Positions 1 through 13,119 of a stretch of DNA of 64,000 nucleotides are shown piece by piece. A model generated the notes under the pieces. That model saw only the letters and a list, made by a program, of their open reading frames with translations, did not search any database and had not been told where the DNA came from. Source of the DNA: Squalus acanthias (Eukaryota). The position numbers and the translations under genes are program-made. The first letter of the stretch is position 1; every line of letters begins with the position of its first letter. The stretch spans positions 170,998,001-171,062,000 of the forward strand of contig CM059425.1 of the NCBI GenBank assembly GCA_030390025.1. Direction: 5' to 3'.

Positions 1-335
1 AACAAACAAAATGAAACTAGTCTATCAGCATAAGGGTACAGTTGTCACTATGATTTCAGTAAAACAAAACAGTGGCTGTTTGAAGCTTTCTACTATGTGC
101 GTTTGATCTGTTACAAACATACAGCTCGAGATTTTGTCTTTCCAAACTTGAGCTGTTTTGGAGCAGCTTATGTGATACAAATTTTAAACTGCTAGCTATC
201 CGCATTTAATCAGTGTCTACTTTTAACCTTTCTCACCTGATGGTTCACAATGAGGTTTTTTTTTGTTTGTCAGCAGCCCTTGAAATATTTTTACCAAAAA
301 CTGAATCTTCAGTGTTTGAGGTTTTGGGGGATTGT

Positions 336-510
336 TTTTTGGGTCTCATTTGGGGTCTGGTTTTTGGGTCTCATTTGGGGTCTGGTTTTTGGGTCTCATT
401 TGGGGTCTGGTTTTTGGGTCTCATTTGGGGTCTGGTTTTTGGGTCTGATTAGGGGTCTGTTTTTTGGGTCTGATTAGGGGTCTGTTTTTTGGGTCTGATT
501 TGGGGTCTGG
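336..510. repeat. Minisatellite, 7 x 25 bp (TTTTTGGGTCTCATTTGGGGTCTGG)
   Basis: Direct inspection. Copies 1-4 are identical; copies 5-7 carry substitutions. Confidence 0.95.
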
Positions 511-514
511 TTTG

Positions 515-2438
515 TTTTTATTCATTTATGGGATGTGGGCATCGCTGACAAGGCCAGCATTTATTGCCCATTCCTAATTGCCCTGGAGAAGGTGGTGGTG
601 AGCCGCCTTCTTGAACCGCTGCAGTCCATGTGGTGATGGTACTCCCACAGTGCTGTTAGGGAGGGAGTTCCAGGATTTTGACCCAGTGACGATGAAGGAT
701 CAGCGATATACTTCTAAGTCAGGATGGTGTGTGACTTGGAGGGGAACTTGGAGGTGGTGGTGTTCCCATGCGCCTGCTGCCCTTGTCCTTCTAGGTGGAA
801 GAGGTAGCGGGTTTGGGAGGTGCTGCCGAAGAAGCCTTGGTGAGTTACAATCGCTTCATCTTGTAGATGGTACACACTGCAGCCATGGTACACCGGTAGT
901 GGAGGGAGTGAATGTTTAAGGTGGTGGATGGGATGCCAATCAAACGGGCTGCTCTGTCTTGGATGGTGTCGAGCTTCTTGAGTGTTATTAGAGCTGCACT
1001 CATCCAGGCAAGTGGAGAGTATTCCATCACACTCCTGACTTGTGCCTTGTAGATGGTGGAAAGGCTTTGGGGAGTCAGGAGGTGAGACACTCGCCGCAGA
1101 ATACCTAGCCTCTGACCTGCTCTTGTTGCCACAGTATTTATGTGGCTGGTCCAGTTAAGTTTCTGGTCAATGGTGACCCCCAGGATGTTGATGGTGGGGA
1201 TTCGGTGATGGTAAAGCCATTGAATGTCAAGGGGAGGTGGTTAGACTCTCGCTTGTTGGCGATAGTCATTGTCTGGCACTTCTGTGGCACGAATGTTACC
1301 TGCCACTTATCAGCCCAAGCCTGAACGTCGTCCAGGTCTTGTTACATGCGGGCATGGACTGCTTCATTATCTGAGGAGTTGTGAATGGCACTGAACACTG
1401 TGCAATCATCAGCGAACATCCGCACTTCTGACCTTATGATGGAGGGAAAGTCATTGATGAAGCAGCTTAAGATGGTTGGGCCTAGCACACTGCCCTGAGG
1501 AACTCCTGCAGCAATGTCCTGGAGCTGTGATGATTGACCTCCAACCACCACAACCATTTTCCTTTGTGCTAGGTATGACTCCAGCCAGTGGAGAGTTTTC
1601 CCCCTGATTTCCATTGACTTCAGTTTTTTTTACTAGGGCTTATTGATGCCACTCTCGGTCAAATGCTGCCTTGATGTCAAGGGCAGTCACTCTCACCTCA
1701 CCTCTGGAATTGAGCTCTTTTGTCCATGTTTGGACCAAGGCTGTATTGAGGTCTGGAGCCGAGTGGTCCTGGCGGAAGCCAAACTGGGCATCAGTGAGCA
1801 GGTTATTGGTGAGTAAGTGCTGCTTGATAGTACTGTCGATGACACCTTCCATCACTTTGCTGATGATTGAGAGTAGACTGATGGGGCGGTAATTGGCCAG
1901 ATTGGATTTGTCCTGCTTTTTGTGGACAGGACATACCTGGTCAGTTTTCCACATTGTCGGATAGATGCCAGTGTTGTAGCTGTATTGGAACAGCTTGGCT
2001 AGAGGCATGGCTAGTTCATGAGCACAAGTCATCAGCACGACAGCCGGGATGTTGTCGGGGCCCATAGCCTTTGCTGTATCCAGTGCGCTCAGCCGTTTCT
2101 TGATATCACGTGGAGTGAATCAAATTGGCTGAAGACTGGCTTCTGTGATGGTGGGGACCTCAGGAGGAGGCCGATATGGATCATCCACTCAGCACTTCTG
2201 GCTGAAGATGGTTGCAAATGCTTCAGCTTTGCAATCACGTGCTGGGCTCCACCATCATTGAGGATGGGGATATTCATGGAGCCTCCTCCTCCCGTTAGTT
2301 GTTTTACTGGTTCACCAGCATTCACGACTGGATGTGACAGGACTGCAGAGCTTTGATCTGATCCGTTGATTGTGGGATCGCTTAGCTCTGTCTATAGCAT
2401 GTTGCTTCCATTTTTTAGCATGCATGTAGTCCTGTGTT
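515..2438 (-). mobile_element. 5'-truncated, decayed non-LTR retrotransposon (CR1/L2 group, distinct from the CR1 copies; possibly Crack/Daphne-like)
   Basis: Fragmented RT ORFs ([49 protein letters not shown]) with stops and frameshifts. The 3' tail is ...GGGCAATAAATGCTGGCC...CCCACATCCCATAAATGAATAAAAA. Confidence 0.88.
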
Positions 2439-5400
2439 TATTAGAAAAGACTAAAAATTAAAGTTAATAAATAAAAACTGAACACAATGGGAAAGAGAAT
2501 GCGGAAGATAAACCAGACAGCTTATAGTTTTTTAAATCAATATTTGTATTTTGATTGTGTATTTTATTTGTATATGGTTAAAATTGTGGTAATCAAGTTA
2601 CTGCTGACAATTGAGTAACTTTATTAATGTGATATTAACCGATTTCCTGATCTCATTGGATGAACTGAAAACCTACAAACCCCACTGGTTCTGTGAAACC
2701 GTTAATTCTCTGGACCCGCATAGATTCTAACCGTTAAATGGTAAAAGTCAGTAAGTATTTAGGGCGGTGCTTTCTGCCAGTTTACGCCTTACAGCAAGAT
2801 GCATGAATATTTTACCGATGACAATAAGACGAGATGACCTTGTTTTGTGGGGTTTCCTTTTCCTTGATATAAACGTTGCGTTTAGTGTCTCTGCAGTGAG
2901 ATATTAAATACATAAATCACTGGCGTAGTGTGACTCCAGTTCTGATTTTTAAACAAATCATTCAAACACTACTGTAAATGTCTATATGGAAGGAAACGAG
3001 TTTTCATTGCGGGGTCACACACTATCCAGCAAGCTACGTGTCTAATAGAAGGGCAAGATGTCTTTACTGAGGTTTCTATTCTTCAAGAAAATACACAATG
3101 TGCAGATAACACATCATCTTGGGGATACATATATGTGAAGCCGCTTTAATAGTTGTTAACTGACTCCAGATCACAAATCAAGCCGGCGTCTTATAGGAAA
3201 TTAAAATGAGCGCCTGCTTTATTTAATATTGCTCCTTTTTTCAGCTCGATTTATACTTTAAAAACTTTTGTACTCATAATTCAAATACATCCCCTCCAGT
3301 AAAGTAGTAAATTTGCGTTTAAAATAGTATCACTCCCAAATGAATGAAAATCGTTATCTGCCTTCATTTTTGTTTCGGTCTGAACCTTATCTCTGAGGTT
3401 AAATCTAGTTTCAGGGGCGAGGGGCAAAGGTGGACCCTGAAGATCGGTTGTTTTATCACCTGGCGGCCAATGCGCAACAAATGAAACTTGTTTTTTGGGC
3501 GATCGATTAGGAAGCTGTCCAGAGTGAAATGTCAACAATCTTCAGCACAGAGCGAAAGGACCAACCTGCACCGGCCAAGTCTTCTGTTGTTACTAACAGG
3601 GGATTTCTGACATTGGAACTGGATTCCGCCTCCTGTTAGGCGCGGTTTAGAAAGTTGTTGTATTAACTGTGTCTGACTCCTTCAGTGATACAGCATTGTG
3701 TGAGAGGGGACAGGAATGGGCAGAAATAGGGCGATTGATATAAAAACAATTGCAACGCGTTCACGGATTCCATATCCTTCAATTTGTTTGAATTTGGTTT
3801 CTGTAAAGACTGTGCAAGTGATCGCGTGTCCAGCATTGAGGCAACAAACGCGTTCTGCTCAGTAAAGTGAGTCAGAAGCGGCGAGAGACAAAGATCTTGA
3901 TCATGGAGCGTCAGGAGGGAATCCGCTCCCAATCCACTTCACTCTCTATCTCTGCCATATCACACTCGCAGAACTGATGGGTGACCTGTGAAACATTCAC
4001 TCTCCTGTAGGTCCTCTCATACTGTCTGGAATGTTATCAACTAAGACGTGTGCACCAAATGATTTTTATTTGTATTCCAACCCTGGGCTGTTTGCTTTTC
4101 CTATCTCTGCCGTATTCCCTTTCCCACAAGTGGTGTTCAGGAGCTCTATGTGCTGTCATTACGCCTCCGACTGGTCCAAATTTTTGCATGAGCACGGTTT
4201 CATATCGGATTTTGATTTGAAATGGGATTATGCCATTTGCGGCTGAGATGATTATATGCATTTCCCCCAGCTCATCCTAGGCAGACCAAATAACTTCAGT
4301 TTATGTGTAAATTGTTTTTAAAGTTCTCCAACGGATTTAAGTTTCCTGTGAAATGACACGAATTGACATGACAAGACTTCGCGATGTTTTATTTCACCTG
4401 AACAAATACTTAATCCAATGTAATCACCTCTCCTACAATGCGAGTACAGTCCGTTTAGGTCAACCTTCAGAAATTGTTGATCTTATCCCACATTCCCCTT
4501 CTGGATGTTGTCTTATGCTCTATTTGTATACATTTAATTCATCCATGCTCTCTCTCTATTTATATATGCTGTATATTTATCTAATACCCAGACTCTGATC
4601 TAAACGAATCCTTGCCAGCGTTTATCGTTTATATATTTACCCTGTATTTCTATCCTTGTACTTTTGTTTTTCTTACCTCAGCTGAAAGAGGCCGACAGAC
4701 CCATGTTCTCTGAAATAATGTGCTGGATTTTGCAGGTTTCAATTCCATGGGCTACCAAAACATACATTTATAAAGATAAATAGTGAGTGAGAGAGTGGGG
4801 GAGAGAGCTGGAGTACAGGGCATATGGTCATTGGACACTCGCCTGGAAATCTCAGTTGTGGAAATCATTTTAAAGAAGTATTTTCCTTTTTAATGTTTCT
4901 GTTCAATAGATTTTACGGAGCTGTTTGATAATCTATATAGTAGCAAACTTAACGTTACAGGTTTTATCAAATCAGCAATTATTAGAACGAAGAAATTATT
5001 ATAAAAGATAGCTATTCGTGCAGATCACATTGCATTGTGCAAAACATTGGAGGAATAGATTTTGTCTGATAATCTAAAACGCACAGATACACGCAGTTTA
5101 GGAACTTTGTCTCTGATGGGGAAATATTCCAGCCTCGGACTTTGTGCGAATCATGTCTGTATTAACGAAGTCATATGACTGCACGGCAACTGAAATGGAA
5201 TCAAATATTTATCTAATCTAAAATAAAAATCCCAGCAGACAGTCCGTGCTGATCGGCTGCTTTTAGAGGGAGGCATGAAACTGGCCCTATTTGTAAAATT
5301 TAAGCATATCTTCAGTGTCATCTGAAATTAATCACCGTTCATCTTCTGTAAAAATATATTCACTATGCTGTTGTACGTGACGGGAAATTAAATGTACATT

Positions 5401-7339
5401 TTATTTCAGCCAATGCAGTATGCATATGAGTAAGTTCCGATCCAAAGTCAGTGATCTGGCTGACCAACCTTGTGTGCGTGTGTGGGGGCACATCAGTAAA
5501 GAAAGACAGCGGGCTTTTCCATATTAATGTCCGGTGTCGTTTAGTTTTGTTAAAGATATTGAGGAGGTGGTAAAGATTAACACAAATAAAAAGACACATT
5601 TGTACTTCAAAACATAAAGTGGTAAGAATTCTAAATATATTTTACTATTTTTAAATCAATAATGCTCAACAAAGTAGGTTGCGCCCCCCCAAAATCTTTG
5701 AGAGTTAGATTTCGAGTGATTGGTTATGTCTCTGTGCTGTTCATAGTTCGGTCTGTCATACTGTCCTTGCTCTGCGTGTGAGGAGTGAAGGAAATGCATT
5801 CTTTAAATCGTGACTTTACTGACCTCAATACAGATCATACATTCGTCCTGTGATCTCAAAGGGCTTGTCAGGGGGAGTTTTGGCTTTGAGGTAAAATAAG
5901 CCAAGTGCTAACGTCAAGGCGCCTTTGAAAAATGTGTCAGCTCTACATTGCAATATTTAAGGAGCTACCTTTGGTTATGCCATTTTTTCACGTTTCACAG
6001 CGATTTTTTTAAACCACAAAAAGTTAGTATTTGAGTTAAATAGTCAAATTCAACCAAACAAAAAACAGGCTGTTTAATAAAGGTGAATAGTTCGTGCTGC
6101 TGGTCTATTATTGGTAAATTGAAAGGGACAGACTGCACCCGCTGGATTTCTAAACCACTGTAGAAAATATTGAAACTGCAATATTCCAAAACAACCATGG
6201 GTTTTATGTGAGAAGCAAGACAGCTGCTGGAGATTAATTTTACGTTTTAATATATTAGTTATAACAACCCCATCCTGCACAGGATACCATTTCAGTAGCT
6301 CATGTATATCAAGATCAAATTTAATCTCGTTGTAAATTATCATAACATATGTATGATGGATGCATAATATTGAATATACAAATCAGTTTAAAGTTTACAC
6401 ATTCAGAGGGAGTTTCTAGTTCAGTGTCTAGTGTTTGTCCTCCCTTCATTTTTTTTATTGTGCCCTGCGCCTCAAGGCGAGAGGGATTAGTGCTGGGGAG
6501 TTGAGTCATTTTCTACTTTGATCACCTCGTGCAACAGAAAGCAATAGATCAGGTGGATTGGGTGTCAACTTCCCTCTACTCTTCCCAACCTCAGAAAAGC
6601 TCCTGTTCTGTACCAAAGCGGGTTTTTCCATTCCCGCTCCAGCCGATGGCTCCCCGCGTGATATGACGTTAGTGTAAAAGTGCGGGCAGTTTTGTGCTGT
6701 AAACCCATGGACGCCGAGTCCAAACTGATTTCACATCGAGAGCCAGTACCCAGAGGTAGTTGAAAGGCGATTGCCATCCTATTGGTCCGAGCTGGATTCA
6801 AACTCAGGAGTGAGAGACCAGTGAGCCATTCAGTTTCTCTCTAGTTTCTTCATGAATATAGTGTTGTTTCAATTTTAAAAAGTACTATGGTAGAATTGAC
6901 TACATTTCAAGTTAAACCGAACATCTTCTAAACTTCTACTTTTGCTCATAAGATACTTCTGCGACCTGTTAATGTTTAAATGACAGAGCTACGCCGTCTC
7001 AGTTGAATTGTTCAATGTTATAATTCTACCATTTACATGAAAATTATCAGTTATATTGTGCTTTAATTATTGAGCAGGATGTAGATAAAGCCTGATTAAG
7101 TAATCAAATTATCATTCTTTCCCGCTAAAATGTCATATTTTGAGTGCATGTCACGGGATTTCGTTTGTACAAAGCAGGAATGGCATTAACTCCATACTAT
7201 CTGAACATTTTCTTAATAAAAGATGCAATCTATTTTCGGAATATTAAGATATCAAGAATGAGACACACTTATGTCCTTTAAAACATATTTCCAAACTTTT
7301 AATGGCGAAAGACACAGAACATTCATACTATTTATAATG

Positions 7340-9837
7340 ATGAACATCTTTAGTTTTATTTATGTATAGTTGCTCAGACACGTGTATATACAAAACAGAT
7401 GTATAGAGTATCCACATGGCAGCAGACCATAGGTTTGTTTTTTCCTCTTATAAGCAAGTCAAAAAAAGCACTCTTCAATAAGTGCAAGGAATCTGCATTT
7501 CAAGCGGTTCTTGAGCAGGGCAGTACAGGCACAGGACAACAATGAACTGGACTCGAATATCCAGACGCACACACAATGAGTGGCTCTAACGGAGTGTCAA
7601 GAGTAAGCATCTAAACCAGATTTAGCAGACTCCATGAGTAACCTTCAGCATGCCAGCATTTATTAAACTGTACAGACAATGGCAGCAACGCTATTGTAAG
7701 AAGATTCGTCTCGCATCAGAGCAGTTTGGGGGCTAATGCATGGGAAAAACTCGGAGTTGCCAAATAGAACAGATTTACCCATTCACCGCTCAATGAAGGC
7801 TTGGATGAAAGCAGGGAACAGCTGATCTACGTGGAGTGAATAAAAGGGGAGTGGATTAATTTCTATGCTTCTAAAATTTATAGAACCATTTCCATTCCAC
7901 ATTGCAAGGTAGATCAGTGAAGTGCGATTGGTTGTTGACAGGTATAGTACACCCCTATTTCTTTCCTTGTCATGAGCTACTTCCACACAAAGGGGAGAAA
8001 AAAAGTAGACAAAATTTACAAAACTATACCGACAAACTTTTTTTCTTACTCGAGTCCATGCGCATGCCACAATGATACTGGCAAGATCTTTCCATAAAAT
8101 ATTCACCATCTCTGGGAGAGAGAAAAAACCAGGAACACAAATCGATCGACTTTCAGGATCAACATGCCTCTTCACACAGGGCTTCGTGATCAGAATTCCA
8201 CATTGCCTCAAACATTTAGGACCAATACGTTGAATGTCAAGTCACAGTTTTGCTCCCCTCTGTTCATCGATAATAAGCAATTTGCAAGCTGCACCCATTT
8301 CTGTGCTTGCAGCTGTCTGTAGCGTTTGCACTATTCGCTGAAGCCGCTATCAGTACTGTAGCAACACATCTTCCATTCCAACATAGATCTGTTTGCTTAA
8401 ACTGCTCAATCAAATCCAGAAATTCTATTGTATTCAATTATAAAAGAAGATGTAAGAATTGGAATTAATACTTTATCAAACACTATTTACAACATAGGTT
8501 GCTAATAATACAGAATTTAAACAATGTATTGTTTTCCTTTTGCCCTCGAAGAAGGTACAAATCAATGTACTAAGCTAACACTAATGTTATAGACTATTAC
8601 AGGATACACAGTATCCACTGAACAGACTGATCCTCATTTCCCTGCTTAAAAAAAGGCAACCAAAAACGAACAAGCAAAAAAGTTATTGGTCTTAAAAGTC
8701 CTCCATAATATCAGGGGTATCCAGTTCTTATTAAAATCCTCCAAGAGCGTAATAGTAATTGTTTAATATTGAATCCATTCTTGACTAAAATATGTTGGCA
8801 ATAAACACCATGGAACAGATTAAACTGTCAGAAATTAATATGTCAAATAATGAACTGTAGCTTACAGCTGCCCATAAAAAATAATGCAATGGTTACATCA
8901 CTAATACAGAGTTGGATTGCAATCCAGTTTTTCAGGAAAAAAATGCAGTATTTTTACATTCCCAGTTCATTAGTTTTTCAATTGTAGAACATAGTTTTAA
9001 AATAAACTGCAAAATTATCAGTTATGCCCAATATCTATCCTTATTCACATGAAAACTATCCATATTACAAATGAAATCAGCATTTCTAACCTACAGTTTT
9101 AACCTTTATATTTGTGTTTCTCACATGATTCTGCAGAATGCTAGTAGCCTATTGCTAGCTGCACCACTCTTCAATTCTGTAGTGCGTCCCAATTTCTTAA
9201 AAGGTTATTCAGTGTACACACATCTCCTACACAAATACAAAGCCCTGCCGAGGGCTCGTGAAACAGGAAATGTGTGGGAAATACAAAATATTACAGACCA
9301 TGTTAGCGACTGCACGAGCACAGGAACTCTCCCTTCAGACACATGTTCAATTATAACTCCCGAGAGGGTTGGGGTTATATCTGTTCGTAATATCTCCCCT
9401 CAAGTCCTCACACGGTGACTCGATGCCTTGCGTGATCATCTTACGGTATTGAGTGAGAAGGTATAAATATTGCATGGAGGAGTAAAACCCTCTTGGGCTT
9501 CTGCTCAATATTCTTATTCTTCAGTGACTGCATCTGCCACTACTGTTTCTCATCTGCACTTGGATGACAAGAGCTAAACCACCTAGGGGTATTTTGAAAG
9601 AAGAAATGTACAGGAAAATAAGAATCATTAGTCTCAAAATATAATTTGGCATTTTTTCGGGGGTTTATCAGTTTGGATACATCATCCCTCTTGAATCACT
9701 CTCTACTCTCCTGACAGAAAATAAATCTTATGTCTGGAATAAACTGAATGTCCCCCTCTTCAACAGTGCAGTTACAGGCTCCATGATGTTTCCTGATCCA
9801 GCCATGCTGTGTCAGAGGTTCCTTGGATTTTCGAGCA
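7340..9837 (-). other. EFNA5: Probable EFNA5 3' UTR (distal end uncertain)
   Basis: AT-rich, TE-free sequence following the stop codon. Minus-strand AATAAA at 7659-7664 and 7355-7360, and TGTAAATA at 8484-8491. The actual cleavage site cannot be determined from sequence alone. Confidence 0.5.
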
Positions 9838-9956
9838 CTACAATGTTGAAAGCGTCATGAAAAGGAACAGTACAGTCGCCAAAAGTAGCGGGGATATCCT
9901 GGGTGTTTGAGCGTCGTTCTCACTGCGTGATGGCTCAGCTTCATGTATGGTGTCAT
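9838..9956 (-). CDS. EFNA5: Ephrin-A5 last coding exon (GPI-anchor signal), 119 coding bp including stop
   Basis: ctgaatAG|AT GAC ACC ... TTG TAG gives (D)DTIHEAEPSRSENDAQTPRISPLLLATVLFLFMTLSTL*. The hydrophobic C-terminal tail is typical of GPI-anchored A-ephrins. Confidence 0.95.
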
Positions 9957-11509
9957 CTATTCAGACAGAACAAACAGAGAAGGCAATGCCGTTACAGCAA
10001 AAGACAACTGAAAGAATGCTCCTCAGTGCTTTAGTCACAATTATAGGTCAGCCAAGCTCCTCAGGCAAATACATTTCATTGTCATACTGGCATTGAATGC
10101 TCTAACAATCTGCATTGCATTTCAAATTTCCTGGTTTTTTTTTAAACTGGGAAATCTTTCATTAACTAAATTTAATGGAAAACCAATGCAAATCAAAAAC
10201 AGTGGCAGATAAGAGGCTTTAAATATTTTAAGTAACACAATATTTCAGCCCACAGACCCCCAATCTGAAATGTTTAATGCCTGGGAGCTGTCCTGTTAAT
10301 TTCTGAGCAGTTTGTTCATTAAATTAAAAAATAAATAATTTCATGCACCACATCTATTGTTGGTTTTCTCATCAAAATATATGGAAAGCTTTTAACACTG
10401 ACTAGTGCAAATTTTGCTGGCAAAATGGAATCATGTACCCATTATGGGAGATTTTAGATTAAATCCATTCCAACTATTTGAAGGTATTTAAAATAAATCA
10501 GATCCCGTGTTTATGATTTATTTTTTAATTTGGAAAAACATATACTCAAATGCATGAGAAAACCAACAGAGCACCTCACTGAGTTGCTGCTAATACGATC
10601 ACAATGGACTTTTTTTTGGTATCCAGACAGAAACTGGCAACAGCTGAATGGCACAGTGAGTGTATTTCTTCATTCAAAGTTGGTTTGTAAATGAGGAAAT
10701 AATGTAAATATTCTCCAGTTGTTGCACAGAAGACAAAACCCGAATTGCTGGCTGTAAATATCTGCTTCCATTGCTGTCTCTGGAAGTAGAAGCCACAAAT
10801 GTTAGCGTAAGATCTGTTTACTGTTTTGTCTCTGAGCTGCAAGGGTATTATTTATTGGCTCTTAGAAAGAGGAGGGGTTGTTTCCATTCTTACATATATA
10901 CAAATAGCAATCGGATAAACTTCAGTTACAGGAATTTAGCATCCTTTTCCTTCTCAGGACAATGGCATCTTTATCTAAGTCACTGGTCCTGTGAAACCTT
11001 TTAAAGTTAATTAGTATTTCGTATTTGAACAACAATAAATGACACTGAATGCTTAAAGGGGAAGGCTCTGTTATTTTTACATTTTGCTTTTACTGGGTAA
11101 AATTGTTTCCAAAATTTGAGGGGGGGGAAGATACTGGGAGATGATTTCCTATGGCCACTATGTGTTAGCAACATTGTAAACATGTTCCGTTCGAAGGTTT
11201 TGATAATTTTTCTAGAAATAGCAAACGGAAATTTTTACTATTGGTGATGTTATTAACCACAGTTAGCAGTGGAAACCCACTATATCACCTTATCAAGGTG
11301 GCCCTTTCAAAGCATTAACAAACAGAATAATCCAACACTAAGAATTTTGGTGTGTAAGACTTCAAATTTGTGAATCCAGTCCTGTCATTCCATTTTATAC
11401 CTGAATTAATGTATATTTACTATTATAAGGATTGCATTGCCATTCTGATTCTTGCGGTATGTAACCTTGGCATTCTGTTCGCTTTTGACCAAAAACTTCA
11501 CAAAATTTT

Positions 11510-11900
11510 CCTAATCCAGAACTATGCAGTCAAAATTCTCTCTTGCTCAACATCCTATACTCCCATATCCTGCCTTCACTAAGGTCCACTGACTTTCTCT
11601 ACCCCAGCAAATCATTTTCAAAATGATCTTCAAACCCTTCCACAACTTCACTTCACCCTATCTAGGGAATCTTGCCCAGTATCTGCTTTCAGCTTGCACC
11701 CTCCGTTCCCCTCACACAATTACTGTTTGTTACTCATTCTCTCTGATCCACTATCGGAGGTTGATCTTTCACCCATGCTGCCGCTGCTCTCTGGAACTTT
11801 CTTCCAAAACCATTTTCTCTCACTTCTTTACTCTCTGGTTTCAAAGCCTCCTAAAAACCTATATCTTTGTCCCAAGTCTTTGATTTCCCCTCCCTAAATT
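11510..11900 (+). mobile_element. Old L2-like LINE 3' fragment
   Basis: Degenerate LIQNYA.KIL...TPI...H-type coding remnant and a pyrimidine-rich FKSLLKT-like end. Similar to the fragments at 20440-20880 and 48420-48875. Confidence 0.55.
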
Positions 11901-12674
11901 GCTTCACTTCCTGGCCAATGTCTACCTCTTGCCCTAGCAAGTGCTCGAGATGTTCAGTTGCACGATACACACCGAAGTAACTGTGGTGGTAGTAACAGCA
12001 CCAAGCACTCTCCATAAGGTGAATTGATGGGGATTGCAGAGCTCCAAGCACTTCCCAATAATTGGCCCGATTTTCCCTCCTCAGTACCAATGTAAACTTG
12101 AGCAGTGAGGCTGCCACTAATGTACAGTCTGAGCACTAAATTCTGCTTTCCATTTGCAGCGCTGAGTCAATTTAATATTACTGCCCATTTTTAATTAAAG
12201 TGGACTTCCTCCACCTCTGTGGGCATTGTGGGGATAGTGTGTGTGTTTGGTGCGCAGGCCATATTTTACCGAGAGGTGAGACGTGCAGTTTTACTTGAGA
12301 CACAAGATTCTTCTGTGTTTTTGATTTTCAGAAAATTAAACGCTCTCAGCGTTTGGGTGGCCTCCTGTCTTTGTGGGGTGGAAGGCCACATTCCCAGGGG
12401 AGAAAGCCGTGCTCGAAGGGAGCGCAGGTCAGAGACAGGGCTACAATAACGCACACCCTGTGAACGTTGAACCCCACTGAAAGTGCGGGATTGCAGAATT
12501 ATCCCTTTTAATCCTTTTGTCAGTGCGCCCTCAATTTTGGGAATGGAGATAAGTTACGATGGTATAAGAATTTATTATCGTCATTGTGGCTACAGGTATA
12601 GAAAGATAAACAATTAGAATGAAAAACTAAAACTAAAAAAAACAGAACTAATAAAAAAATCAAAACTAAAATTT

Positions 12675-13080
12675 CAGTCACACAGACCAGGAAGGTTCCA
12701 GGTTTAATTCGCACTTATGCGCTGACTTAGCTGATTTCAGATGATGAGTGGAGGAAGAGCTAGAACTGGCTATAGCTCTGCTGTGAAGGAAAGGGGCTGG
12801 GAAGGGAAAAGGGGAAAAATTGGCCATGGTTACTGCTCCTGATCACTATACAGCAATCACTACTGAAAGTTGTGCCTGCGTGAACTCTAAGTGAGGAAAA
12901 GTTGGGCTTGGCTGTTATGTCCTCCACAATTGGATAGCCCACCAACATGCGCGGTCGAGGATTACACATGAGTAATCGCCACTTGGCCAAGGTAACAAAA
13001 GGGCACTTGGTGCCAATGGAAGTATACCCCAGTGAGAGAATGAACACTATTGGAGAGGATGGGAGATACGGGAAATAAAA
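12675..13080 (+). mobile_element. Degraded SINE-like interspersed repeat (unassigned family)
   Basis: Shares blocks (CAGACCAGGAAGGT..CAGGTT, TTAGCTGA..TCAG, GGGAAAAA..GCCA, ATGGAA.TATACCCCAG) with 63610-64000, 24160-24400 and 47260-47455 (minus). Confidence 0.55.
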
Positions 13081-13119
13081 ATTGGAATTGGAAGAAAACA
13101 AATTGTGCAGAGTCAGTCC

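Noticed and set aside
336..510. CRISPR-like array, or the ORFs at 213-452 and 250-477
   Set aside because: Units are head-to-tail with no unique spacers, the context is eukaryotic, and the ORFs merely read through the repeat.
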